A stretch of 49,331 nucleotides of DNA, from positions 1-49,331 of IMG/VR virus record IMGVR_UViG_3300003969_000007; one strand, 5' to 3'. The notes below the pieces were generated by a model, which was not told the DNA's origin, did no database searches, and worked only from the letters and a program-made list of their open reading frames with translations. Numbering within the stretch: position 1 is the first letter of the stretch; every line of letters begins with the position of its first letter. Position numbers and translations under genes: made by a program. This stretch comes from a virus (Duplodnaviria > Caudoviricetes). This document shows positions 18,625 to 28,503 of this stretch, one piece after another.

Positions 18625-19377
18625 TCACAGCAGAACGAGACGACCAAACTGACCCAGATCGCTACCGATCGGTTTGGTCAGATCGGCCAACACCTGGCCA
18701 GAGAGCTCGAACTTGAGCAGTTCTTCGGTGATCACCGAAAGTTCCTTGGCCGGGTTGATGGCGACTCGGTACAGGTCAATCACCACTTCGCGGTTGCCAT
18801 CGGCCGTATTGAGTCCCTCAAAACGTACCCAGCGTTCGGGCAGGGCCTGGGTGAACATGGCGGTGCTGCTGGATGCCCCATAGGCATAGTCCACGGTGAA
18901 GGGCTCCACGTAGGGCCCGCCATTGGTGGTGTCCAGAAATACCAGTGAACCGTGCTTGCCATTGACCGTGTACTGGTCATCGGGCAGAACCTTGGGCGTC
19001 GCACTGGAGTCGCTGACCACCACCGTACTCACGTTCTGCTTTGCCAGCAGGTAGAGGTCCCCCGCAATGAGGGGATTGGGCATCGGCTCCTCGGTCACCG
19101 TGCCTGAGGTCATCACCGTGGTGTGGCCATACAAGGCCAGTCCCAGATTGACCTGGATGAGTTCTTCCAAGGTGCAGGAGAACTCACCCTTCTTGGTTTT
19201 GATGAGCTGCAAATCGATCAGGCGTTGACCACTGACTGACTCGTGGTGCTCCATGGTCTCCACCGACAAGGCGACCTTGAGTTCGGGCACATTGCCCACG
19301 TACTTGAGACCTTGTGGTTCGCCGAGCACCGAGCGCTCTCCGATCCAGACACGGCCTTGGCCAGAAAAATAGGGCAT
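18625..19377 (-). CDS. Major tail tube protein
   Basis: 250 aa, YFSGQGRVWIG...VGNVPEL...RFEGLNTA. Confidence 0.85.
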   Translation of the reverse strand: MPYFSGQGRVWIGERSVLGEPQGLKYVGNVPELKVALSVETMEHHESVSGQRLIDLQLIKTKKGEFSCTLEELIQVNLGLALYGHTTVMTSGTVTEEPMPNPLIAGDLYLLAKQNVSTVVVSDSSATPKVLPDDQYTVNGKHGSLVFLDTTNGGPYVEPFTVDYAYGASSSTAMFTQALPERWVRFEGLNTADGNREVVIDLYRVAINPAKELSVITEELLKFELSGQVLADLTKPIGSDLGQFGRLVLL

Positions 19378-19470
19378 GTTGAAGCTCCTTAGGTTTGTTG
19401 AATTAGCGGGGCTACGACAAGGCGCAACTCCACAGGGAAGCGCGCCCTCGCAGGCGCGATGGGTGGGGGG

Positions 19471-19899
19471 TCAGCCCATCTGGGTCAGGTCGGCCGCCAG
19501 GGTGCGGTAGCGAATCTCATAGCGGGCGGGCAAGGCCAGCGACCCGGCATCCAGGTCGTCGGAGTCCCAAGCGGCTTCGATCTCACGAATTCCCAGCGAC
19601 AACCCATCCAGATTGGGGGACTGCATCAAGACCGCGTGGGCCAGAACCAGGGCACTGTCCGCCGCATCAAAAGCCAGGGGACCTTGGGCTACGGCCGTCA
19701 AACGGATGCGCAGGCTGCGATCCACCACCGCGTTGGCATGGGCATCGATGCTGTCGCCGTCCAAGGTGAGCAGCACCGTAACACCGGCTTCACGCGTGAC
19801 AGGAACCGTGGGTGGGCGTATGACGGGCACGGGCGCCACTGCTGCGGTCACCCGCTGCAGCACTGCACGCACGATGCGTTCACGTACAGAAAGTGTCAT
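19471..19899 (-). CDS. Tail terminator/completion protein
   Basis: 142 aa, SVRERIV...YEIRYRT; lies between the head-tail connector and tail tube genes. Confidence 0.65.
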   Translation of the reverse strand: MTLSVRERIVRAVLQRVTAAVAPVPVIRPPTVPVTREAGVTVLLTLDGDSIDAHANAVVDRSLRIRLTAVAQGPLAFDAADSALVLAHAVLMQSPNLDGLSLGIREIEAAWDSDDLDAGSLALPARYEIRYRTLAADLTQMG

Positions 19900-19906
19900 T
19901 GAGGTC

Positions 19907-20191
19907 TCACAGCTTAGTCAGCGAGGCCTGGACCTCGCTGGCATCCGGCATCTGGCGAATCTCGAGCACGCGGTAGCTCTGTCCTGCGATGTCCAGCTCC
20001 GAACCCGGGGCCAGGTCAGACCACCAAGCACGGGGATAGCGCATGGTGTAGTGGCGACTCAGTCCGAGTCCGCCCAGCACCTCCTCATCGGGCGCACGAA
20101 AGTCCACCAGGACCTCCTTGTTCCCGATGCGAGCCGGTATGAGCAGACCAGCATTGGCGGCGGCAAGGAACAGAAACTCCGCGCTGACCAT
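19907..20191 (-). CDS. Head-tail joining protein
   Basis: Likely start MVSAEFLF overlapping the capsid stop; 94 aa, beta-rich. Confidence 0.65.
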   Translation of the reverse strand: MVSAEFLFLAAANAGLLIPARIGNKEVLVDFRAPDEEVLGGLGLSRHYTMRYPRAWWSDLAPGSELDIAGQSYRVLEIRQMPDASEVQASLTKL

Positions 20192-21195
20192 CAGGCAATC
20201 GTCAGTTTGACCAGGACACCCGGACGGTGGCACATGGGCAACGGATTGGCCTGTGTGTGCAGGTCGGTACCGCGCTCAAACTTGCGCGGCTGTTGTTTGG
20301 CGTACAAGACCTGCCCCAGCGTGTTGGCCGTCTCGTTAAAGTCGGCAGGTGCAAAGTACGTGCTGAAGGTGTCGATCGTGCCCATGGGGAAAGCATGGGC
20401 TTCACCGGCCGCAATAAAGCGACGGCTCACACCGGTGCTGTCAGTGGCCTGGCCGCGGTACTCTTCAAACGTCAGCCCTCCAAAGTTGAATCCAGCACGC
20501 ATGTCGTTGATCAACACCGAACCCTGCTGCCAATAGGTATAGGCCTGCTCGACCTTGGCATGACCCGTCAATGCGTCGAAGAATTCAGGCGAGCACAGCA
20601 CGTGAATTCCAGTCATGAATTCGCCCTTGAGGTTGTCCTCCAGATGACGCAATACCTCAGCACACTTCTTTTTGACGTTGGAACTGGCGTTCCCCAAGTC
20701 GAAGTTAATGGCTGCAGGCGTAATCTGAAACTCAGAGAACAGGTCGTAGATCACCGATCCGTCGGCATCCAAGATCACCCCCTTGAGAGCGCCCATGCGC
20801 AAGTGCTCCAAAGTAATGGCGTGCTTGTTGCGCATGGTCTCCAAATGACGGGCCATGACGCTGGCAATGGACTCCATCTCAGTCTCTGAACCAAAGGAGC
20901 GAATGCCCTGAACCTCTTCGGGCAACACCACGTCGTCATGTGGAATATGAGGAATCACAAAGGAGCGCACTTTGCGCTTGCCGCGGGTTCCAACCGTGCC
21001 GGGCGAACCCGGGGGCATGGTGGGCAGCAAGTTGAGGACGCCGTTTTGCTCTTCGACGATGACTTGCCGGGTACGCACTGGCTTGACCGGAAAGAGATTC
21101 AACGCCTCCATGCGGCCGTAGCGATTGGGGATGATGTTGATGGCAGATGTAAGTGCAGCCATCGAAAATGCGGGGGAATTGAAAGGATTGTTCAT
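20191..21195 (-). CDS. Major capsid protein (lambda gpE family)
   Basis: 334 aa, FSMAALTSAIN..P, TLEHLRMGALKG, QANPLPMCHRP. Confidence 0.92.
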   Translation of the reverse strand: MNNPFNSPAFSMAALTSAINIIPNRYGRMEALNLFPVKPVRTRQVIVEEQNGVLNLLPTMPPGSPGTVGTRGKRKVRSFVIPHIPHDDVVLPEEVQGIRSFGSETEMESIASVMARHLETMRNKHAITLEHLRMGALKGVILDADGSVIYDLFSEFQITPAAINFDLGNASSNVKKKCAEVLRHLEDNLKGEFMTGIHVLCSPEFFDALTGHAKVEQAYTYWQQGSVLINDMRAGFNFGGLTFEEYRGQATDSTGVSRRFIAAGEAHAFPMGTIDTFSTYFAPADFNETANTLGQVLYAKQQPRKFERGTDLHTQANPLPMCHRPGVLVKLTIA

Positions 21196-21219
21196 GGTGG
21201 GATCTCCGTGGATTTGGGT

Positions 21220-21600
21220 TCAGGCGGATTGACGAATCAAGATGCCCAGGGATGCCAGGCTGGCAGTGGCCACTTCTTTTTCTGGGGCAGTGATGCCCGG
21301 CGGCCAGACCACTGCGCTGGAAGCCACCACCGCGTGGCGGGTAAGCAGCAGCGCGTCATCACGTTCAATCAGGGTGGCGTCCACATTGCCCAGCAATATG
21401 CCTGCGGGCGACTCGCTGCCATCGGTGGCTACTGGATCGAGTCGCTTGATTTTGTTGGTCGCCGTGATACGACCCACAACGCTGCCGAGCTCCAAGTTTT
21501 GGCCAGCCGCGACAGTGACGATTTCGCGGGAATAGTTGAGGCAGTCTTCCTCGTACTTGAGGAGATCGCCCAGGTTGGGGGATTCTTGAATGGCATTCAT
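21220..21600 (-). CDS. Head decoration protein (gpD-like)
   Basis: 126 aa, SREIVTV..G..L.LGSVVG...DGSE.PAGIL; lies between protease and capsid genes. Confidence 0.85.
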   Translation of the reverse strand: MNAIQESPNLGDLLKYEEDCLNYSREIVTVAAGQNLELGSVVGRITATNKIKRLDPVATDGSESPAGILLGNVDATLIERDDALLLTRHAVVASSAVVWPPGITAPEKEVATASLASLGILIRQSA

Positions 21601-21649
21601 GGTGTTACCTCTGAAATGAAATGGGGAATGAAATTGGCAAGCTTTTTAC

Positions 21650-22057
21650 TCAGGACTTCTGGGTGAGCTTTTTGACTGCGGCCATCAAAGTTCCGTCTTG
21701 CGAGGGGGGCTGCTTCACCGCATCGGGGTGAATGACTGACGTGATCTCTTCACTACTGGCACGTGCAGCCAACAAGGTTTGGCGAACCTGCGCGGATGTG
21801 GCGCCTTGGGCCAGAAAGCCAGCGATGCGTTGGCTCTGTCCTGCTAGCTGACAGATTTCCGCGATGGTCACCGCTTCAGCACGGGCAGCACGAGTGGCCG
21901 CTGCAACAGCCTCGCTCGTCACACCTGAATCGCCTTGCACAACCGACGTTGGCAATTCAGGATTGGTTGGCAGCAGCTTTGGCAATGGCTCTGCATCGTC
22001 AATGTCCGCGTCTGTTGCTACCGGGATAGCAGGCTTTATGTGATCGGGTTGATTCAT
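21650..22057 (-). CDS. Nested in-frame scaffolding protein (Nu3-like)
   Basis: AAAAGGAGATTCTC-ATG inside the protease gene, after a Ser/Thr-rich linker; 135 aa. Confidence 0.6.
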   Translation of the reverse strand: MNQPDHIKPAIPVATDADIDDAEPLPKLLPTNPELPTSVVQGDSGVTSEAVAAATRAARAEAVTIAEICQLAGQSQRIAGFLAQGATSAQVRQTLLAARASSEEITSVIHPDAVKQPPSQDGTLMAAVKKLTQKS

Positions 22058-22990
22058 GAGAATCTCCTTTTGGTTTGATGAAAAAATGGACTGGGAACGG
22101 GTACCACTGGTGAGTACCGTTGTGGACGCACCTATCGGTGCACTGCCCAAACGTTGAGCAGACAAGAAGGCCGAGAAATCAGTCAACACCTGGTCCGGAC
22201 TGGCCATCGCATCGGCAAGGCCCGCCTGAACTGCATCCGGCCCGAAATACAGACCCGCCTGTGTGTCGCGCACCGCAGTGGCATCCATACCTCGCATTGC
22301 GGCGACGTGGTCTACAAACAGTCCGTAAAGTCGGTCCACCTCGGCCTGCAACCGCCCCATAGCTGCCTTATTGATCGGCTCATGGGGTGACAGATCGTTT
22401 TTGAGGTCGCCCGCGGTCACCGCGGTAAAGCGGTAGCCCTCCTGCGCATCGCGTGCGGTTTGGTCCACATGCATGGCAATAACGCCAATCGAACCCATCC
22501 CACCCGTCTGGGTGACATAGACGCGAGACGCGGAACACGCAATGGCATAGGCGGCGGAATAGGCTCCATCACTTGCAAGAGCCCATACGGGTTTGATGGC
22601 GTTGACGTCTCTGACCTGGCGGGCCAAATCGAATACGCCACCAGCCTCTCCGCCGGGTGAATCAATGTCCAACAAAATGCCATTCACACCTGGATCAGCC
22701 GCAGCAGACTCGAGCATGCTGGCAATTTCTGTATACGAGGTGAGACCCGACTGCGCGTCCATTGCCATGGACCTGCGCACCAGGGAGCCGTGAACAGGAA
22801 TCACTGCAATGCCCGGAGCGCCAGAGGGCACATCGTTAGGGGATGCGCGGGCTTGTGGCAGTGCCATTGCCGCCTGTGGTTCGCTCCAACCGATGCGTGA
22901 ACCCAGCACCGCCAAAATGATGTCAAGTTTGGTTCGCGCAAGCAGAAGCGGCGTCCCGTACAAACGAGACGCCAGATGTGGCAACAACAT
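21650..22990 (-). CDS. S49 head maturation protease (gpC-like) with C-terminal scaffold region
   Basis: LLDIDSPGGE, AYSAAYAIA, GSIGV; likely start MLLPHLASRL. Confidence 0.9.
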   Translation of the reverse strand: MLLPHLASRLYGTPLLLARTKLDIILAVLGSRIGWSEPQAAMALPQARASPNDVPSGAPGIAVIPVHGSLVRRSMAMDAQSGLTSYTEIASMLESAAADPGVNGILLDIDSPGGEAGGVFDLARQVRDVNAIKPVWALASDGAYSAAYAIACSASRVYVTQTGGMGSIGVIAMHVDQTARDAQEGYRFTAVTAGDLKNDLSPHEPINKAAMGRLQAEVDRLYGLFVDHVAAMRGMDATAVRDTQAGLYFGPDAVQAGLADAMASPDQVLTDFSAFLSAQRLGSAPIGASTTVLTSGTRSQSIFSSNQKEILMNQPDHIKPAIPVATDADIDDAEPLPKLLPTNPELPTSVVQGDSGVTSEAVAAATRAARAEAVTIAEICQLAGQSQRIAGFLAQGATSAQVRQTLLAARASSEEITSVIHPDAVKQPPSQDGTLMAAVKKLTQKS

Positions 22991-22991
22991 G

Positions 22992-24524
22992 TCAGTTTCC
23001 TTGAGGTGGGATGTCGGGAGGCACACTCGACGAATCTGTCGACGGGGCCGCAGCGCTAGAAGGGATCTGGTCGTGCCGCGGATCTGAGTCAAAGACCAAG
23101 CCCAGGTCATCGGCGCGGGCGTTATCTGCTGCAATTTCACGGTCCACGTCTTCTGCGTCATAGCCGTTGGCCGAAATCGCCTCAGACCGACTCATCAAAC
23201 CAGAGCGAATCGCAGCTTTCATGGCATCCGCCTCTTTCAAGGGATCCACCCACTGCCAACCCTGCGGTATCCATTTGCAGGCCAGATAGGCGCGCCGATC
23301 AGCTTTGGCTTGAGTGGTGCCTAGCCCATAGCCTGGCAGCGTCAGTGCACCTTCCAGCACGGCTTGATCCATCCAGGCCTGCCAGATGGGGCGGCACAGT
23401 TGGTGCACGATCACGCCATGCTGCAAGGCCTCCACACGGCGTCTGAATTCCAATAGTCCAGCCCGGATGGAGGAGTAATTGACTTGGGTGAGGTCACCGG
23501 TGAGCTGCTCGTAGGTCACACCCATAGCAGCTGCGACCGCGCGGAACTGCATACGCAGGAATTCCGCATAGGAACCACCGACATCGGCGGGCTGAGAGAA
23601 CTTGACATCCTCTCCCGGCTCCAGCATTTGCATGGTCCCGGGTTCAAGACCAGCGAGTGCGACACCATTGGCATCCGACACCCCTTCGCCCAGTAAGTTG
23701 TCCTCGGGCGCCAAACGGGTCACAAAGCCTGCGTACATAGCGGCCGTCTTTTTTCGCACCAATTCGGCATCGTCGTACTGGTCGAGTTCGTTCAACTTAA
23801 CTAGAGCACGCGCTAACCAGGGTTCGCCGCGAATCTGACCAGGTCGCAATGGGCGATACAAATGAATGATTTCCGCCGCATCGACACGCACTGTGCTCAG
23901 CCCACCCGATCCCGACATGGGCGCCAGCATCCCGTCTTCTGGGTGCGATCGGTACAAGTGATAGGCCACGCGCCGACCCAAAGCATCGAATTCAATGCCC
24001 GCACGGATGGCGTTTCCGTTGTCAGCGGTGGTGTTCAGGGCAATTGGCAGGTGCTCTGCTTCCAGAACCTGGATCTGCAATGCAACCGGCAGCCCATCTT
24101 CTGGGCGGCGATAGCGTAAGCGCACCAATGCCTCACCGCCCTCGAGCATGGCTCGGCAGGCCATTGCTTGCAGGCCATAGAAATCTGTGACCCCGGCTGC
24201 ATCAGCATCCACAGTCCAATCACGCCACAAGGCTTGAACAGATTCCCGCAGCACCGTGTCTTGCACCATCGACTGCGGCTTGATCCCAGTGCCAATGGCA
24301 TTGGCCACATAGGACTCCAGCCCAGAATTGGCCCACGCATTGCGCCGCACCAGATCACGACTTTTGGCACGCAGTTCGTTTTGGCTGAACAGCATGGCCG
24401 CCACGGCACCAGGATTTCCAACGGACCAAGACATGGCGCGCCTGCCTGAACCGACCCCGTCATAGGTGGGTGAGCTTGGGGAATTGCTCCAAAGCTTGCT
24501 TTGGATGTTTTTGAACCAGCCCAT
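22992..24524 (-). CDS. Portal protein, lambda family
   Basis: LRAKSRDLVRRN, RPGQIRGEPW, VNYSSIRAGLLE, WVDPLKE. Confidence 0.95.
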   Translation of the reverse strand: MGWFKNIQSKLWSNSPSSPTYDGVGSGRRAMSWSVGNPGAVAAMLFSQNELRAKSRDLVRRNAWANSGLESYVANAIGTGIKPQSMVQDTVLRESVQALWRDWTVDADAAGVTDFYGLQAMACRAMLEGGEALVRLRYRRPEDGLPVALQIQVLEAEHLPIALNTTADNGNAIRAGIEFDALGRRVAYHLYRSHPEDGMLAPMSGSGGLSTVRVDAAEIIHLYRPLRPGQIRGEPWLARALVKLNELDQYDDAELVRKKTAAMYAGFVTRLAPEDNLLGEGVSDANGVALAGLEPGTMQMLEPGEDVKFSQPADVGGSYAEFLRMQFRAVAAAMGVTYEQLTGDLTQVNYSSIRAGLLEFRRRVEALQHGVIVHQLCRPIWQAWMDQAVLEGALTLPGYGLGTTQAKADRRAYLACKWIPQGWQWVDPLKEADAMKAAIRSGLMSRSEAISANGYDAEDVDREIAADNARADDLGLVFDSDPRHDQIPSSAAAPSTDSSSVPPDIPPQGN

Positions 24525-24745
24525 CAAGTCGCCTTTGAAGTCAAAACCCGCACCTGCCGGGGCGCGCGGGGCCACAGCCCAGTGGCGGTCGCCTGCTCAA
24601 ACAGGCCGCGACGCACATCCCGGATGGCCAGGCGCAATTCATCAATCGACCGGTACTCAACCGTCTTGTCCCCCAGGCTGACGCGCCTCTCCCCCTTGGC
24701 CAGGGCAGACTCCAGGGCGGTGAGTTGTTCTTGGGTGTAAGCCAT
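24524..24745 (-). CDS. gpW-like head-tail joining protein
   Basis: 73 aa, LESALAKGERRV..GDKTVEYRSIDEL; coupled to the portal gene. Confidence 0.85.
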   Translation of the reverse strand: MAYTQEQLTALESALAKGERRVSLGDKTVEYRSIDELRLAIRDVRRGLFEQATATGLWPRAPRQVRVLTSKAT

Positions 24746-24753
24746 GGGGATGC

Positions 24754-25338
24754 TCAGAGAATCTTGGTCGCCACCAGGTTGCTTCCGGCCTTGACCACTG
24801 CATTCGATGCCGCCACTTCGGAAGCAAAGCGGATCTGAAGTACACCGGCCGTGACTCCGGTGACGACCAACAAGGTGCCGGTGGCCAGGGTGTTGGCATT
24901 AGCGGTATCGATGCCAGTGGTCGCAGCACCTGCATCGGCAGCACGCTGATTGGCTGTCGTGATAGCCGTCAAATTGGTCGGCGTTCTCCACTGCGCGACC
25001 ACCGTCGCACCGGCTGGCACGGCCTGAGACAGCCGAATGCCGGTAGTGGTCGCAGCGGTCTGGAACATCACCCGGGCATCGATGGCATAGGTGCTGTTGG
25101 CATCCAGCGCGATCGCCAGTCCGGTGACATTGGCCAGCGTGGTGGTGGCATTACTGACATCGGCCGTCAGACGGTCGGTGGTCAAACGGGTGTCGATGCT
25201 GAGATCGATCCAGGTTGTGCCATCACACCAATAGGGCTTGTTGTCGGTCGCCAGACGCACCACTACCCCAGCCAAAGCAGCCGAGGCTGCAGGCAACCCA
25301 GCCACTGCCGGACCAATGCGGAAAGACAGGTCGCGCAT
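24754..25338 (-). CDS. Hypothetical Thr/Ala-rich fibre-like virion protein
   Basis: 194 aa; short N-terminal unit (YWCDGTTW) followed by a beta-rich domain. Confidence 0.55.
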   Translation of the reverse strand: MRDLSFRIGPAVAGLPAASAALAGVVVRLATDNKPYWCDGTTWIDLSIDTRLTTDRLTADVSNATTTLANVTGLAIALDANSTYAIDARVMFQTAATTTGIRLSQAVPAGATVVAQWRTPTNLTAITTANQRAADAGAATTGIDTANANTLATGTLLVVTGVTAGVLQIRFASEVAASNAVVKAGSNLVATKIL

Positions 25339-25348
25339 ATCTAGCCCA

Positions 25349-26140
25349 TCAACCCATCACGACTACGCGATAGGCATTGCTCGCAGGAGCCGACGCAAAG
25401 TTCAGACGTGCCGTATTTGTGGTGGGCAGGCTGATGTCGCAATTCACCTGCTCGTAGCTGCCCGAGGCCTGGTAGACCTGCACGATCACATCGCGGCTGG
25501 CAAAGTTGTGGTTGATGTCGATCTGGGTGCTGGAGCCATCACCAATCGTGGCCTGGGCCCGGCGTGTCTTGTTGGACCAGGTGTTGAGCTTCAGGGGCGT
25601 AACGATGCGCAGGTCATCGGTGCCCGCATCAGTCTCGGCCTGCGTGGCCAGTTCCGCAATGCCGGAGCTGGTCTCAGACGCCGCACCGATGGAGGTTCCG
25701 AACTGCAACCAGTTGACCGAACCCGTTCCCAATACAAAGTTCACCACCGACTGGCGCCAGCTTGTTCCTGCCGAAGTGCCTTCTTCCACCGTGGTGATGG
25801 CCTGCTCCAGCTCGTCGCTGGAATTTGCATCCAGGCTGCGGGTCATGGCCACGGCCGCACCGTTCCAGATGTATATGCCGTTCTCCGCACCCACGGTCTG
25901 GGCCTTGATCAGCACCCGATCACCCGAGGCCAGGGTCACGCCATCGATCGAGGCGCCGGGAGAAGCCAAGTTCACATTGGACTGACTGGCCACCCGGGTG
26001 GAATCCTTCCAGGCCAGACCTTCGACTGCGGAGTTCAGATCCTGCTGGCGCACTGGCTCGTCCGGGTTCACCGGTGCTGGCAGATTGCGGATGCGGGCAA
26101 CCCCGCCAAAATCCAAATCCGAGAGTTGTTTACGGGACAT
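25349..26140 (-). CDS. Fibre/decoration-like virion protein
   Basis: 263 aa, IRNLPAP..., GDRVLIKAQT..AENGIY, ASETSSGIAELATQAE...VTPLKL, C-terminal INHNF domain. Confidence 0.65.
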   Translation of the reverse strand: MSRKQLSDLDFGGVARIRNLPAPVNPDEPVRQQDLNSAVEGLAWKDSTRVASQSNVNLASPGASIDGVTLASGDRVLIKAQTVGAENGIYIWNGAAVAMTRSLDANSSDELEQAITTVEEGTSAGTSWRQSVVNFVLGTGSVNWLQFGTSIGAASETSSGIAELATQAETDAGTDDLRIVTPLKLNTWSNKTRRAQATIGDGSSTQIDINHNFASRDVIVQVYQASGSYEQVNCDISLPTTNTARLNFASAPASNAYRVVVMG

Positions 26141-26160
26141 GTCTGTTTCCTTTCAGGGTT

Positions 26161-26517
26161 TCAGGTAAGCCTTGCCAGCCCAGTGATGGGAATGGCAAAG
26201 CGGATCAGTAATTGGTTGGCGCTCGTATGCACCACGTCGGCTTCGACCTCGTTGCCACCACTGTCCAAAATCGTGACTGCGGGTCGGAGCCCTAAGTTGT
26301 GGTTCACGGTCCAGACAGAAGACGCCGCGGTCTGCAGATGCATATAAGCAACGCCAGTCGTACTCAGCGTTCGGGCGGCCACCTCATTGATGGCCGTTAC
26401 CAGGTTGGCTTTGGCCGAAGTCTCTAGCCGGTCCAGGCCACCCATTCGTTGGTCTACGCCGTTGAACTTTTCTGCCAGGCGTTCCACGAGGCTGTGAATC
26501 TGAGATTGCAGCGACAT
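26161..26517 (-). CDS. Small fibre-like virion protein
   Basis: 118 aa, LETSAKANLVTAINEV followed by a WTVNHNLG domain. Confidence 0.6.
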   Translation of the reverse strand: MSLQSQIHSLVERLAEKFNGVDQRMGGLDRLETSAKANLVTAINEVAARTLSTTGVAYMHLQTAASSVWTVNHNLGLRPAVTILDSGGNEVEADVVHTSANQLLIRFAIPITGLARLT

Positions 26518-26532
26518 GACGCTCCACTAAAT

Positions 26533-28488
26533 TTAGGAAAGCCAGCGACTTCGCACCACCCTTCGGTTGCTCGCGCGGGCCTTAGAAGTAACAAGGCCAC
26601 CGCTAGGGGTGGCCAGGATCTCTGTAGGGGTTGAAATGGGCTCCGGTGGTGGTGCCAGCCCAAGCTGTTTCTCCAACTCGCACCAGTGGCGCTCTTCAAA
26701 TCGGTCTAGACCTGCGGCGCTGGCGCTTGCCCGGGCATACACATAACAGTCCAGCGCCTCGTTTCGCTCGCGCATCTTCTGCCACTCGCGGTGGGCAAAG
26801 CCATTGCGATCACGCCGGGTTATCAACTGCTCCGCACACAACTGCTGGACAAACTCGGCATCCACCTTGGGCAGGTGCACAAATCCTGTGGGGTACTTCA
26901 CCGTCAGGCCATCGTCCTGCACATCAGGCGCCTTGCGAAGGTTGTTGTAAAACTCCAGCTTGGCGATTCCGCCCACCACCGAAAAAACCTTTATGCCACG
27001 GCGCAGTTTCTTTCCGGATTGGGTTACATCCACCGCAGTGGGTGTGCCAATCAGAGCAGCTCCGCGGGCGATGCCTTTGACCGCCATCAACCGTGGATCT
27101 CGACAGGACCGAACAAACGCATAGGCCTCCTGCGTGGCAAAGCCGGTGTCGAGCGCCAACCGACTCAGGGGTATCGCAGCCCCTGACGCATGGGTCCAGG
27201 TCTCGCCCAACAGGGCGGCCAGTTGGCCCCATACGGCCTCACGTGCGGTGTCACCCATCAGGACCCGGTGTTCGACCAACCAGCATTCCTTGCCCCGGCC
27301 AAAGGCCCAGACCGATGCTTCGATCCGGTCTTTCTGTACGTCAGCGCCACCTACCAGCAGCAAGCCACCCAAAGACACCGTGCCGATTCGGTAATCTTCC
27401 CGGCGCTCGATGAGTCGCTGCCAGTCCGGCGCTTCGCCTTCCTCGACCCAGGTCTCACCCAGTTCGGTGTTCTTGAAGGTCTTGATGGCCGCAGCCGAAC
27501 CAGAGACTTTGCTGACCGCACTTTCCCATGCCACCGCAATGTCCTTCCAACTTCGCCAGCCCACAGGGCTGTACAGGCTGGAGAGGTGAAAACCTGCAGT
27601 CTTGGTGCCATGCTCCGGCACCATGGCCCGCCATTCGCCGTGCTCGAGCATCCAGGTCTTGTGATGCTCATGGATCGCGGTGTCGCACGACTCGCAGATG
27701 TAGGCAGCTGTCTCAGGCTGACCCTTGTCCCAGCGCAACTGCTCAAACCGCAGCCATTGCCGATGGGCGCAATGCGGGCACGGCACGAAATACCGCTGCT
27801 GATCAGAGGCCTCGTACTCCCGCTCAATAGCGCTCACGCCAGAGATCGTTGGCGTTGAGACAATAAAAATCTTGCGTCGGGCAAAGGTGCGCGTGCGGGC
27901 TTCGGCCAGTGAAATCGCATCGCCTTCGCCCTCGACGTCCAGCGGATAACCATCCACCTCATCAAGGAACAGGTAGCGCACCGGCATGGAGCGCAGACCC
28001 ACAGCACTGTTGGCCCCGGTCATCACCAGCACACCACCCCGAAATTCCTTGGCCAGGATGGTGTTTCCCGAATCACGCGAGCGCGCGGGCGAAATCAGCG
28101 CCGACAGTGCCGCGGATTCCTCAATCAATGGGTCGATCCGTTGCTTGGAATTGCGCTTGGCCATGTCCACCGTAGGCCACACGGCCATCATCGGCCCCGG
28201 CGCATGGTGGATCACATAGCCAATCCAGTTCGACCCCATCTCGGTCGCACCCAATTGTGCGGCTTTCATGAACACCACCCGCTCCACGGCCGAGGTGGGA
28301 GACAGGCAATCCATGATGGCCTTCAGGTACGGCGTGCGGCTGGTGCGCCAGCGCCCTGGCTCAGCCGAGGCTTTGCTGGACAACATGCGGTGCATATCCG
28401 ACCATTCAGAAACCGACAGCAGCGGGTCTGGGGTCAGGCCTTCTCGCCAGGCCCGCTCAATTTCCAGGGCACCTTCGTAATCTTCCAT
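26533..28488 (-). CDS. terL: Terminase large subunit (lambda gpA family)
   Basis: 651 aa, MKAAQLGATE, LFLDEVDGY, STPT, CPHC/CESC, RNEALDC. Confidence 0.96.
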   Translation of the reverse strand: MEDYEGALEIERAWREGLTPDPLLSVSEWSDMHRMLSSKASAEPGRWRTSRTPYLKAIMDCLSPTSAVERVVFMKAAQLGATEMGSNWIGYVIHHAPGPMMAVWPTVDMAKRNSKQRIDPLIEESAALSALISPARSRDSGNTILAKEFRGGVLVMTGANSAVGLRSMPVRYLFLDEVDGYPLDVEGEGDAISLAEARTRTFARRKIFIVSTPTISGVSAIEREYEASDQQRYFVPCPHCAHRQWLRFEQLRWDKGQPETAAYICESCDTAIHEHHKTWMLEHGEWRAMVPEHGTKTAGFHLSSLYSPVGWRSWKDIAVAWESAVSKVSGSAAAIKTFKNTELGETWVEEGEAPDWQRLIERREDYRIGTVSLGGLLLVGGADVQKDRIEASVWAFGRGKECWLVEHRVLMGDTAREAVWGQLAALLGETWTHASGAAIPLSRLALDTGFATQEAYAFVRSCRDPRLMAVKGIARGAALIGTPTAVDVTQSGKKLRRGIKVFSVVGGIAKLEFYNNLRKAPDVQDDGLTVKYPTGFVHLPKVDAEFVQQLCAEQLITRRDRNGFAHREWQKMRERNEALDCYVYARASASAAGLDRFEERHWCELEKQLGLAPPPEPISTPTEILATPSGGLVTSKARASNRRVVRSRWLS

Positions 28489-28503
28489 GTTCTGTGCCCG
28501 GTT

